From Herpetosiphonaceae bacterium (GTDB lineage Bacteria; Chloroflexota; Chloroflexia; Chloroflexales; Kallotenuaceae), in assembly GCA_036401895.1 (NCBI GenBank), contig DASWTW010000024.1:1730-65729 (forward strand): a DNA stretch of 64,000 nucleotides, given 5' to 3'. The notes below the pieces were generated by a model, which saw nothing but the letters and a program-made list of their open reading frames with translations, searched no databases and was not told the origin of the DNA. The position numbers were made by a program, and so were the translations under genes. Each line of letters starts with the position of its first letter. The stretch's first letter is position 1. Shown in pieces: positions 1 through 10,150 of this stretch.

Positions 1-2
1 AG

Positions 3-638
3 GTGGAGGGCATCGAGATTGCAAGCGTGGTCACCAACGATGATGTCGCGGTCAAGGATAGCCTCTACACAGCCGGGCGGCGCGGCGTCGGCGTGACGGT
101 GCTGCTGGAAAAGATCTGTGGCGGCGCGGCGGAGGCCGGCCTGTCGCTGGCAGAGGTCACGCGGATCGCGCAGAAAGTCAACGGTCAGGGCCGCTCGATG
201 GGCATGGCTCTGACCTCGTGCGCGGTTCCGGCGGCGGGCAAGCCGACCTTTGAGATCGGCGACGACGAGATGGAGATCGGCATCGGCATTCATGGCGAGC
301 CCGGACGCAAGCGCATGAATCTTCAGTCGGCGCGCGAGATCACCGAGATGCTGGCCAGCGCTGTACTCGACGATCTGCCGTTCAATCGCGGCGATCAGGT
401 GCTGGCGTTTGTCAACGGCATGGGCGGCACGCCACTGATCGAGCTGTACGTCGTTTACAATGAGCTGGTCAGCCTGTGCAAAGATCGCGGCGTGACCATC
501 AGCCGCAACCTGATCGGCAACTACATCACCTCGCTGGAGATGGCCGGCTGCTCGATCACGCTGCTCAAACTCGACGACGAGCTGACGCGCTTCTGGGACG
601 CGCCGGTGCATACGGCCGGGCTGCGGTGGGGGAGATAG
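3..638 (+). CDS. dhaK: Dihydroxyacetone kinase DhaK subunit, C-terminal part (5' end lies outside window)
   Basis: Translation contains DhaK/Dak1-type motifs ([18 protein letters not shown]); immediately followed by dhaL; no start codon in window. Confidence 0.85.
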   Translation: MEGIEIASVVTNDDVAVKDSLYTAGRRGVGVTVLLEKICGGAAEAGLSLAEVTRIAQKVNGQGRSMGMALTSCAVPAAGKPTFEIGDDEMEIGIGIHGEPGRKRMNLQSAREITEMLASAVLDDLPFNRGDQVLAFVNGMGGTPLIELYVVYNELVSLCKDRGVTISRNLIGNYITSLEMAGCSITLLKLDDELTRFWDAPVHTAGLRWGR

Positions 639-759
639 AAGAACCTAGAACCTAGAACTAAGAACCTAAAGATCAGAATTAAGAATTCCATTCACTGGTT
701 CCCTAGGTCTCTTGTTCTTTTGTTTGTCCTTGGTTCTAGGTTCTGGGTTCTAGGTTCTC
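637..759. repeat. Palindromic array of 7-bp GAACCTA-type heptamers: GAACCTA GAACCTA GAACTAA GAACCTA ... centre GAATTC ... GGTTCTA GGTTCTG GGTTCTA
   Basis: Direct reading shows 7-bp periodicity and inverted symmetry; lies intergenic between dhaK and dhaL; same unit recurs in at least 10 other intergenic gaps in this window. Confidence 0.75.
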
Positions 760-775
760 GTACTTTGGAGGCTTC

Positions 776-1426
776 ATGCGCATCACTGCCGAACACGTTA
801 TTCGCTTCATCGAGACGATCGCCGCGCGCGTGAAGGAGCAGCGAGCCTATCTGACCGAGCTGGACTCGGCGATCGGCGATGCCGACCACGGGATCAACCT
901 CGACCGCGGCTTTAGCGCGGTGCTCGCCAAGCTGCCGACCGTGGCCGACAAAGACATCGGCACGATCCTCAAGACCACGGGCATGACGCTGGTCTCGACC
1001 GTGGGCGGCGCGTCGGGGCCGCTCTACGGCACGGCGTTTCTGCGCGCGAGCATGGCGCTGGCCGATCGCTACGAGTTCAACGAGGACGATCTGACCGCCG
1101 CGCTGGAGGCGGCGCTGGAAGGCATCATGATGCGCGGCAAGGCCCAGCGCGGCGAGAAGACCATGATCGACACGATTGCGCCGGCGATCGATGCGCTGAA
1201 AACGGCTCGCTCACGCGATGTCGACGCGCACGCCGCGCTGCGGGAATCGCTGGCTGCCGCCGAGGAAGGCATGAAGTCCACGATCCCGATGCTGGCGACC
1301 AAGGGCCGGGCCTCGTATCTCGGCGAGCGCTCGATCGGCCACCAAGATCCCGGCGCGACCTCGGCCTATCTCATAGCGACCGTCCTGGTGGAGACAGTGG
1401 AGTCGATCCAACCGGAAGAAGGATGA
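776..1426 (+). CDS. dhaL: Dihydroxyacetone kinase ADP-binding subunit DhaL
   Basis: N-terminus carries the ...[15 protein letters not shown]... DhaL signature; AGGAGG-like RBS (ttggaggcttcATG). Confidence 0.85.
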   Translation: MRITAEHVIRFIETIAARVKEQRAYLTELDSAIGDADHGINLDRGFSAVLAKLPTVADKDIGTILKTTGMTLVSTVGGASGPLYGTAFLRASMALADRYEFNEDDLTAALEAALEGIMMRGKAQRGEKTMIDTIAPAIDALKTARSRDVDAHAALRESLAAAEEGMKSTIPMLATKGRASYLGERSIGHQDPGATSAYLIATVLVETVESIQPEEG

Positions 1427-1475
1427 TCGGGCGCTCCATGCCACGATCATCTTTTCACATGCAAGGAGGCAGTTC

Positions 1476-2999
1476 ATGACGAAATACGTTGCCGCAATCG
1501 ACCAGGGTACGACCAGCACTCGCTGTATGATTTTTGATCACGCCGGCCGAGTGATCGCCTCCGATCAGCGCGAGCATGAGCAGATCTTTCCGAAGCCCGG
1601 CTGGGTGGAGCATAACACCGAGGAGATCTGGCAGCGCACGCAGGGCGTCGTGCAGGGCGCGCTGCAAAAGGCCAATCTGACCCACTCCGATCTTGTCGCC
1701 GTGGGCATCACCAACCAGCGCGAGACCACGGCGGTCTGGAACAAAAAGACCGGCAAGCCCGTGTACAACGCGATCGTCTGGCAGGACACGCGCACGGATC
1801 AGATCGTGAACCGGCTGGCGCGCGACGGCGGACAGGATCGCTTCCGCGAAAAAGTTGGCCTGCCGCTGGCAACCTACTTCTCTGGCCCCAAGATTCGCTG
1901 GATTCTCGATAATGTCGACGGCGCGCGCGCGCAGGCCGAGGCGGGCGAGCTGGCCTTCGGCAACATGGACACGTTTCTGGCCTGGTGGCTCACCGGCGGC
2001 CCCAACGGCGGCGTGCATATCACCGATGTCAGCAATGCCAGCCGCACAATGCTGATGAACATGGAGACGCTGGACTGGGACGAGGAGATCATGGGCATTA
2101 TGGGTGTGCCGCGCTCGATGCTGCCCGAGATCAAATCGTCGAGCGAGGTGTACGGCGAGTGCGGAGGCGTCCTGCAAGGCGTGCCGCTGTCCGGCATCCT
2201 CGGCGATCAGCAGGCGGCCACTGTGGGACAGGCCTGCTACGACACCGGCGAGGCCAAGAACACCTACGGCACCGGCAACTTTATGCTGATCAACACCGGC
2301 ACCAGCCTGGTCCACTCCAAGTCGGGGCTGCTGACCACGCCGTGCTACAAGTTCGGCGACAAAGAAACCGTCTGGGCGCTGGAAGGCTCGATCGCGGTGA
2401 CTGGCTCGCTGGTGCAGTGGCTGCGCGATAACCTGGGCCTGATCAGCACCGCCTCGGAGGTCGAAGATCTGGCGCGCAAAGTCGAGGATAACGGCGGCAT
2501 GTATATTGTGCCGGCCTTCTCGGGATTGTTCGCGCCCTACTGGCGCAGCGACGCGCGCGGCGTGATGGTCGGCATGACGCGCTACATCAACAAGAATCAT
2601 ATCGCCCGCGCGGTGCTTGAAGCCACGGCCTACCAGACCCGCGAGGTGCTCGACGCGATGGAAAAAGACTCGGGCGTCACGCTCAAGGCGCTCAAAGTCG
2701 ACGGCGGCATGGTCTACAACGACACACTGATGCAGTTCCAGTCCGACATTCTGGGCGTGCCGGTCGTGCGGCCCAAAGTTGCGGAGACCACAGCGCTGGG
2801 CGCGGCCTACGCCGCCGGCCTAGCCACCGGCTACTGGAAGAACACCGACGAGATGCGCGCCAACTGGGGCATGGATAAGACCTGGGAGCCGCGCATGAGC
2901 GATGATCAGCGCGAGTCGCTCTACGCCGGCTGGAAGAAGGCCGTCACGCGCACCTTCGACTGGGTGGAAGAGGAGCGGGAGGCCGAGGCCAGCGCATAG
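1476..2999 (+). CDS. glpK: Glycerol kinase
   Basis: 507 aa; N-terminus [16 protein letters not shown]... and full-length FGGY kinase architecture; RBS aaggagg 8 nt upstream. Confidence 0.95.
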   Translation: MTKYVAAIDQGTTSTRCMIFDHAGRVIASDQREHEQIFPKPGWVEHNTEEIWQRTQGVVQGALQKANLTHSDLVAVGITNQRETTAVWNKKTGKPVYNAIVWQDTRTDQIVNRLARDGGQDRFREKVGLPLATYFSGPKIRWILDNVDGARAQAEAGELAFGNMDTFLAWWLTGGPNGGVHITDVSNASRTMLMNMETLDWDEEIMGIMGVPRSMLPEIKSSSEVYGECGGVLQGVPLSGILGDQQAATVGQACYDTGEAKNTYGTGNFMLINTGTSLVHSKSGLLTTPCYKFGDKETVWALEGSIAVTGSLVQWLRDNLGLISTASEVEDLARKVEDNGGMYIVPAFSGLFAPYWRSDARGVMVGMTRYINKNHIARAVLEATAYQTREVLDAMEKDSGVTLKALKVDGGMVYNDTLMQFQSDILGVPVVRPKVAETTALGAAYAAGLATGYWKNTDEMRANWGMDKTWEPRMSDDQRESLYAGWKKAVTRTFDWVEEEREAEASA

Positions 3000-3005
3000 G
3001 CCGGA

Positions 3006-3053
3006 GGCGGGCGAGCACATGCGAACCTGAATCAGCGTGTGTGCTCGCCCGCC
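3006..3053. other. Perfect 14-bp inverted repeat (GGCGGGCGAGCACA / TGTGCTCGCCCGCC) with 20-nt loop, immediately 3' of glpK; no U-tract
   Basis: Read directly; located between the glpK stop (2999) and dhaM start (3087); candidate terminator, attenuator, RNA processing site or protein-binding site. Confidence 0.5.
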
Positions 3054-3086
3054 AGCCGGGAGCAAACGTTCACTGCCGACATTAGG

Positions 3087-3497
3087 ATGGAGGGAGGAGC
3101 TGCCGTGATCGGTTTGCTGATCGTCTCGCATAGCGCCAAAATCGCCGATGGAACCCTGGAGCTGGCCGAGCAGATGACGCGCGGACAAGTTCCGATCGCG
3201 GCGGCCGGCGGCACAGAGGATGGCTCGCTCGGCACCAGCGCCGACCTGATTCGCACGGCGGCGGAGCGGCTGGTGGCAAACGGCGCAGAGGGGCTGCTGG
3301 TGCTGGTCGATCTCGGCAGCGCCGTGATGAGCGCCGAGATCGCGCTGGAAGATTTTCCCCGGCCCTATCGCCTGAGCAATGGCCCGCTGGTCGAAGGCGC
3401 GCTGATGGCGGCGGTTGAAGCCTCGATCGGTGCGAATCTGGAGCAGGTCGCGGCGGTCGCGGTGCAGACCAAAGATCTGCTCAAAGTCCATGATTGA
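3087..3497 (+). CDS. dhaM: PTS-dependent DHA kinase phosphotransferase subunit DhaM, EIIA(Man)-like domain only
   Basis: VIGLLIVSHSAKIADG motif typical of the DhaM/EIIA-Man His-containing domain; GTG at 3105 is an alternative start; RBS GGAGGGAGGAG. Confidence 0.7.
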   Translation: MEGGAAVIGLLIVSHSAKIADGTLELAEQMTRGQVPIAAAGGTEDGSLGTSADLIRTAAERLVANGAEGLLVLVDLGSAVMSAEIALEDFPRPYRLSNGPLVEGALMAAVEASIGANLEQVAAVAVQTKDLLKVHD

Positions 3498-3533
3498 TAC
3501 GCTGCCTTCCCCTACGCAGAAAGGCGCTGGCCT

Positions 3534-3824
3534 ATGATCGAGCAGCACGAATTAATCCTGACGATCGACCACCCCTCAGGGCTGCATCTCAGGCCAGCGG
3601 CCCTGTTTGTCAAAACCGCCGCCAGCTTTCAAAGCGACATCCGCATCACCAATCTGGACCGCGAAGGACAGGCCGAGAGCGACGCCAAGAGCATGTTCGG
3701 CGTCATGCAGCAGGCTGTCTCGCAGGGCCATCGCGTGCGTGTGCGCGCCGAAGGCCCCGACGCCGACGACGCCCTGGCCGGCCTGCAACAGCTCGTCGAT
3801 AGCCGGTTCGAGGCCGAGGCATGA
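3534..3824 (+). CDS. ptsH: HPr-like phosphocarrier protein
   Basis: 96 aa with HPr active-site context HPSGLHLRPAA (His-15); stop overlaps the ptsI start (ATGA). Confidence 0.8.
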   Translation: MIEQHELILTIDHPSGLHLRPAALFVKTAASFQSDIRITNLDREGQAESDAKSMFGVMQQAVSQGHRVRVRAEGPDADDALAGLQQLVDSRFEAEA

Positions 3825-5494
3825 GCCGGCTGCGTGGTCTCGTCGGCTCGCCCGGCATTGCGATCGGCACAATCACGCATCTGGCGCATACAACAGCCCA
3901 CGCAGATACCAAAAGCTCCGATCCACAAACCGATCGTCAGCGGCTGCTCACGTCGCAGGCCGAGGTTGCCGCTCAGCTTCAGCGGCTGGCTGCCGAGCTG
4001 CGCGCCGAGGACAAGCCCGACGAGGCCGGGATCTTCGAGGCGCAGGCGCTGCTGGCCGGCGACTCCGCGCTGGTCTCCGAGGTCGAGCGGCTGCTCGCGG
4101 AGGAGCAGCTAGCGCTGCCTGAGGCTGTGCGCCGCGCTAGCGAGGCCATGGCGGCAACTTTGAGCCGAATCGACGATCCGTACCTGCGTGAGCGCGCCGC
4201 CGATGTGGAGGCGATCGGACAGCAGATTATCGCGACGCTGCAAGGCGTGACCCTCGATCTGCGCTTGCCCGAAGGCGCGATCGTGATCGCCCGCGACCTG
4301 ACGCCGGCCCAAACCGCTAGTCTGCGCGGTCTGGGCATCGCGGGCTTTGCCACGGCGGGCGGCACAGCTACGGGCCACGTCGCGATTCTGGCGCGGGCGC
4401 TCGATATTCCCGCAATCGTGGGGCTCAGCGATGCGCTGCTGGAGCTACCTGACGGAGCGACCGCGATTCTGGATGCCGCCGAGGGCCTGCTGATCGTGGA
4501 GCCGGATGAGGAGGAGCTAGCCACCTACTCCGCGCTGTACACGTCGCGGCAGGAAGATGCGGAGCGCCGCCACGGGCTGCTGAGCCTGCCCGCCGAAACC
4601 AGCGACGGTCAGCGCGTCGAGCTGTGGGCTAACATCGGCCATCCCGACGAAGTGCAGCGCGCGCTTGAGGTCGGCGCCGAGGGCATCGGCCTGTTTCGGA
4701 CCGAGTTTTTATTCCTTGAGCGCTCCGCGCCGCCTGACGAGGACGAGCAGTACGCCGCGTACACAGCCGCGCTGCGGGCGATGGCCGGCCAGCCGGTGGT
4801 GATCCGCACGCTCGACATCGGCGGCGACAAGCCGATTCCGTATCTGGAAGCGATGCAGGAGGCCAATCCTTTTCTCGGCTGGCGCGGCCTTCGCTTTGCG
4901 ATGCGCTTCCGTCAGCTGTTCCAGGTCCAGCTGCGGGCGCTGCTGCGCGCTGCCACCGAGGGCGATCTGCGCATCATGCTGCCGATGGTCGCCACGCCCG
5001 ACGATGTGGCCTGGGCACGCGCCGAGATCGAAGCGGCGACGGCAAGCTTGGCCCAGGAAGCGACTCCGCACCGAGCGGATGTGCCGCTGGGCATCATGAT
5101 CGAAACGCCGGCCGCCGCGATCACACTGGATCTGCTGGCTGCCGGTCTGCGCTTCTGCTCGATCGGCAGCAACGATCTGACACAATACACGCTGGCGGCG
5201 GATCGCGGTGTGGCCGAGCTGGGCCAGCGCTATCGTCACGACGATCCGGCAGTCTTTCGCATGATGCAACTGGCGGTGAGCGAGGCGCGCAGGCTGGGGC
5301 TGGAGATCAGCATCTGCGGCGAGCTGGCATCCGAGCCGGCGGCGGCGCTGGCGCTGGTGGGAATGGGCATCGAAAAGCTCAGCATGACTCCCGCTGCGCT
5401 GCCGGTCGTCAAAGAAGCCATCCGCTCGGCGTCGAGCGAGGAGGCGCGGCAGCAATCACAGCTGTACTTGCAGCGTACGCAGGCAGAAGTTTAG
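3821..5494 (+). CDS. ptsI: Phosphoenolpyruvate-protein phosphotransferase (Enzyme I)
   Basis: 557 aa; N-terminus ...GSPGIAIG..., PEP-utilizing domain, GIGLFRTEFLF signature. Confidence 0.9.
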   Translation: MSRLRGLVGSPGIAIGTITHLAHTTAHADTKSSDPQTDRQRLLTSQAEVAAQLQRLAAELRAEDKPDEAGIFEAQALLAGDSALVSEVERLLAEEQLALPEAVRRASEAMAATLSRIDDPYLRERAADVEAIGQQIIATLQGVTLDLRLPEGAIVIARDLTPAQTASLRGLGIAGFATAGGTATGHVAILARALDIPAIVGLSDALLELPDGATAILDAAEGLLIVEPDEEELATYSALYTSRQEDAERRHGLLSLPAETSDGQRVELWANIGHPDEVQRALEVGAEGIGLFRTEFLFLERSAPPDEDEQYAAYTAALRAMAGQPVVIRTLDIGGDKPIPYLEAMQEANPFLGWRGLRFAMRFRQLFQVQLRALLRAATEGDLRIMLPMVATPDDVAWARAEIEAATASLAQEATPHRADVPLGIMIETPAAAITLDLLAAGLRFCSIGSNDLTQYTLAADRGVAELGQRYRHDDPAVFRMMQLAVSEARRLGLEISICGELASEPAAALALVGMGIEKLSMTPAALPVVKEAIRSASSEEARQQSQLYLQRTQAEV

Positions 5495-5709
5495 GGCGTC
5501 TGCTTGTAGTACATCACCGGCTGGCCGCGCACCTGCGACTGAAGCGAGAGCACCGGCTTGCGCTCGACATGCAGCCTGCACGAATAATCGAACGGCACGC
5601 GGCTAGGATGGTTGCGCGGGTGAGCGCAGCTGCCAAGATATGAGCTAAGCTGGCCCTGCCAGTGGACGCAGGTCTCGCAGAGCGCCTTGCTCCGAGAATA
5701 CATATTCAT
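5491..5709 (-). CDS. Hypothetical small Cys-rich protein (72 aa; C-x2-C ... C ... C)
   Basis: Internal Met (MNMYSR...) of track ORF 5491..5868 is preceded by AAGGA; local GC dip at the start; convergent with ptsI and overlaps its 3' end by 4 bp; no recognisable family. Confidence 0.25.
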   Translation of the reverse strand: MNMYSRSKALCETCVHWQGQLSSYLGSCAHPRNHPSRVPFDYSCRLHVERKPVLSLQSQVRGQPVMYYKQTP

Positions 5710-5915
5710 AGCTATTAGTTCCTTCAGCCTCTCAAGTACTCCCCTGATTCGCGGCGCTAAAGCAAATACTATGCCGAGCAGCGGTGGCTCCGGCCCCCGC
5801 GCCTGACATGTGCAGTCTGTATCGCCTCGGCTGGCTGGAGAGCGAATCAAGTGCCAGCGTGGATGCAACGGATCGATCGGGCTGCGCGTATGTAGGTGAA
5901 TGAAACGGACAAGGA

Positions 5916-7032
5916 GTTAACTGAGGCGTGGTCATAATTGATCACGCGGCTTTCAGACAGGCTTTTAAGCCCACGCGGAGGTCGAGCCCGTGCTCCCAGC
6001 GATACCACAGTAGGAGTTGATACACCACGATCGCCCCGAGCACAAAGCGGCGGGTATTGGTCAACCCTTTGGTGGGGACCTGACCATGGCCATCGAACAT
6101 CCCTTTGAACTGTTCGTTGAAGTTCTCGATCGTGCTGGAACGCAGTTTATGGAAGATGCGTCGGACCTCCACCCCGCCATCGCGATGCGGGTAGCGGCCA
6201 TAGCGCGACGTGATGAGCAGGCGCTCATCTTCGGCGCACACCGCATGGAGGTCGGGCGTGTTGTAATGCCGATCGCCCAACACCACGCGCACGTCTGCGG
6301 GCAGAGCACAGATCAGGGCTGGGGCACGTTCGCTATCAGCCGTGTTAGCGGTTGTCAGTTCCGCCGCCAGTGGAATCCAGACGGCGGCAACCGTCGCGGC
6401 GAGATGCAATTTCCAGCCATAGACCCAGCCATGCCAGCCCGACTTGGTCCAATGGGCTTCGGTATCAATCGATGTGTGGGGTACGGTGTTGGCGGCGCGG
6501 TCCTTCTGATGCCAGACACCGCCACGCGCACGTAACAGCGTGCTCTCCACGGCGACGGCACGACCAGAGCGCGCCCACGGCTGGATCACGCTGACGAGCA
6601 CTCGGCCCAAGCAGGCAATCTGCGCGGGCAAGGTGACAGGCAGGGCGTGCAAGCGGCGTTCCCAGGTCCGACGACTGGGAAACTGTCCGTTGACGGTAAG
6701 CAGTTGGCGCAGGCAGATCATCTCGCTGGTCGGCTGGGCTAACACACTCAACAACTCATGCACGGTATGCAGGTGACGCACAAGCATGATCACCACGGCT
6801 TTCAAGAACAACCGATCGGTATACACGTTGGGTCGACCGGGACCGCGTTTGGGAAGCGGGAGCATCGGCACCCGGTCCACGAATCGGACCAACGTGACAA
6901 GTAGCGTCTCTTGGCCTATCATAACGGCACCTCCGTTTCATGCTGGTGTGGTAACCGTTATGATGCGGTGGGAGCCGCGTTGTGGTCAAGTCCGCACGCG
7001 GCTTTTTGAATTATGACCAACCCTCAGTTAAC
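5916..7032 (-). mobile_element. IS5-family insertion sequence (about 1.1 kb) with about 24-bp imperfect terminal inverted repeats; TTAA present at both junctions
   Basis: Left end GTTAACTGAGGCGTGGTCATAATT (5916-5939); right end reverse-complement GTTAACTGAGGGTTGGTCATAATT (7009-7032); a single 326-aa DDE transposase gene lies inside. Confidence 0.8.
5942..6922 (-). CDS. DDE transposase, IS4/IS5 superfamily
   Basis: 326 aa; DDE_Tnp_1-like sequence with C-terminal ...TIENFNEQFKGMF... motif; RBS GGAGGTG 7 nt upstream of the ATG. Confidence 0.85.
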   Translation of the reverse strand: MIGQETLLVTLVRFVDRVPMLPLPKRGPGRPNVYTDRLFLKAVVIMLVRHLHTVHELLSVLAQPTSEMICLRQLLTVNGQFPSRRTWERRLHALPVTLPAQIACLGRVLVSVIQPWARSGRAVAVESTLLRARGGVWHQKDRAANTVPHTSIDTEAHWTKSGWHGWVYGWKLHLAATVAAVWIPLAAELTTANTADSERAPALICALPADVRVVLGDRHYNTPDLHAVCAEDERLLITSRYGRYPHRDGGVEVRRIFHKLRSSTIENFNEQFKGMFDGHGQVPTKGLTNTRRFVLGAIVVYQLLLWYRWEHGLDLRVGLKACLKAA

Positions 7033-7033
7033 T

Positions 7034-7210
7034 ATGCAGGAACCACAGCGAGATAATCCTCAACTGCAGCACGGTACGGGCATTGGGCTTGGTCTGACAC
7101 TCGGCGCCGCAATTGGCCTCGCCCTCGGCAATATAGCCATCGGCATAGCGGTCGGTATCGCCATTGGAGCGGCCATGGAGGCCAGGCGCGCAAACCAGGA
7201 CAAAAGCTGA
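7034..7210 (+). CDS. Small glycine-zipper membrane peptide (58 aa), hypothetical
   Basis: GLGLTLGAAIGLALGNIAIGIAVGIAIGAA contains repeated GxxxG/AxxxG; ATG lies 2 nt after the IS right end; no SD seen, so low confidence. Confidence 0.35.
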   Translation: MQEPQRDNPQLQHGTGIGLGLTLGAAIGLALGNIAIGIAVGIAIGAAMEARRANQDKS

Positions 7211-7235
7211 TACCGTATGCGCACCAGCCGGCTCC

Positions 7236-7300
7236 GAGATCGCGTGGTGATGGTTGGGGACGAGTCGCCGCATGGTGAGCGTCCCCAACCCGACCAGCCG
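7236..7300. other. Extended imperfect palindrome GTGGTGATGGTTGGGGACG-(17 nt)-CGTCCCCAACC...CACCAC
   Basis: Read directly; inner 11-bp perfect stem; lies in the 310-bp untranslated gap upstream of the DAHP synthase gene. Confidence 0.4.
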
Positions 7301-7461
7301 CACCACAGGCTCAGATCCACCCTTCTCACATGCACCGCCTTGAGCTTCCGGCTTTAAGCTACACCCTCGAACCGATGCCTGCCACCAACACCCGAGGCGG
7401 AACATCCGTCCGCTAACCTTGATCCTGATTGTGACGCATGATACAATTAGCCCAACAGATA

Positions 7462-7501
7462 GATCGTGCGACCCCAAGCAGCCTGCGGCCGCTGGGGTTT
7501 T
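7462..7501 (+). terminator. Rho-independent terminator-like hairpin (CCCCAAGCAGCC...GCCGCTGGGG) followed by T7
   Basis: GC stem plus TTTTTTT run ending about 20 nt before the DAHP synthase ATG; could terminate upstream transcript or act as an attenuator. Confidence 0.5.
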
Positions 7502-7522
7502 TTTGTAAGTTTTGAGGCTACC

Positions 7523-8569
7523 ATGCTGATCGTCATGGACTCACATGCTAGCGACGCGCATATCAAGCGAGTTTGTGAAGAAATCGAAGCCATGGGCTAC
7601 GTTCCGCACCCCATGCCCGGCCCAACACGGACCGCCATCGGAGTCACGGGGAATGAAGGGGCGATCGTGCAAACATCTCGAATCCAGATGTTGCCCGGAG
7701 TCGCTGAGGTTATCCGGGTAACGAAGCCATACAAGCTGGTCTCGCGCGAGTTCAAGGAGCTTGACACCATCGTTCGGGTCGGCGACATCACGATCGGCGG
7801 CGCGGGCGTGGTCGTGATCGCCGGGCCATGCACCATCGAAAGCCGCGAGCAGCTGTTCCATACCGCCGAAGCCGTGATCGCGCATGGCGCCACGATCATT
7901 CGCGGCGGCGCATACAAGCCGCGCACGTCGCCCTACAGCTTCCAGGGCCTGGGCGAAGAAGGCCTACGCTATCTGGCCGAGGTCCGCGAAACGCTGGGCA
8001 CGCCGGTGATCACCGAGGTCATGGACACCGAGACCGTGCCGCTGGTCGAGCACTACGCCGATATTTTGCAGATCGGCGCGCGCAACATGCAGAACTACCC
8101 GCTGCTGCGCAAAGTCGGCCGCTCGCATCGTCCGGTGATGCTCAAGCGCGGCCTGGCGGCGACGGTTAAAGATCTGCTGCTGGCGGCCGAGTACATCATG
8201 GCCGAGGGCAACAAGCAGGTCATTCTGTGCGAGCGCGGCGTGCGCACCTTCGACGATCACTCGCGATTCACGCTGGACCTGGGCGCGATCCCGGTGCTCA
8301 AGTCGCTGACGCATCTGCCGGTGATCGTCGATCCCAGCCATGCCTCGGGCTACGCCGATCGGATCATCCCGATGTCGCGGGCGGCGATCGCGGCGGGCGC
8401 CGACGGCCTGATCGTCGAAGTTCATCCCGACCCGGCGTTCGCGGTGTGTGACGGCGAGCAGTCGCTGATCCCGGAGCGCTTCGGCGAGATGATGCAGCAG
8501 GTCGAGCGAATCGCGGCGGCTGTAGATCGATCGGTGATCGGTCGCGAGCCGATGCGGGCTGAGGTATAA
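7523..8569 (+). CDS. 3-deoxy-7-phosphoheptulonate (DAHP) synthase, type I-beta with N-terminal ACT/ferredoxin-like regulatory domain
   Basis: Core IAGPCTIES...[11 protein letters not shown] motifs; about 80-aa N-terminal regulatory domain as in Thermotoga-type enzymes; the upstream part of the track ORF translates the terminator and is rejected. Confidence 0.9.
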   Translation: MLIVMDSHASDAHIKRVCEEIEAMGYVPHPMPGPTRTAIGVTGNEGAIVQTSRIQMLPGVAEVIRVTKPYKLVSREFKELDTIVRVGDITIGGAGVVVIAGPCTIESREQLFHTAEAVIAHGATIIRGGAYKPRTSPYSFQGLGEEGLRYLAEVRETLGTPVITEVMDTETVPLVEHYADILQIGARNMQNYPLLRKVGRSHRPVMLKRGLAATVKDLLLAAEYIMAEGNKQVILCERGVRTFDDHSRFTLDLGAIPVLKSLTHLPVIVDPSHASGYADRIIPMSRAAIAAGADGLIVEVHPDPAFAVCDGEQSLIPERFGEMMQQVERIAAAVDRSVIGREPMRAEV

Positions 8570-8575
8570 TGTTGA

Positions 8576-10150
<1,575 letters not shown>

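Noticed and set aside
1455-2600. 381-aa minus-strand ORF
   Set aside because: Antisense to glpK, whose identity is unambiguous; composition typical of a shadow frame
7466-7522. N-terminal 19 codons of track ORF 7466..8569 (MRPQAACGRWGFFVSFEAT)
   Set aside because: These codons are the terminator hairpin and T-run; the canonical DAHP-synthase regulatory domain starts at the ATG at 7523
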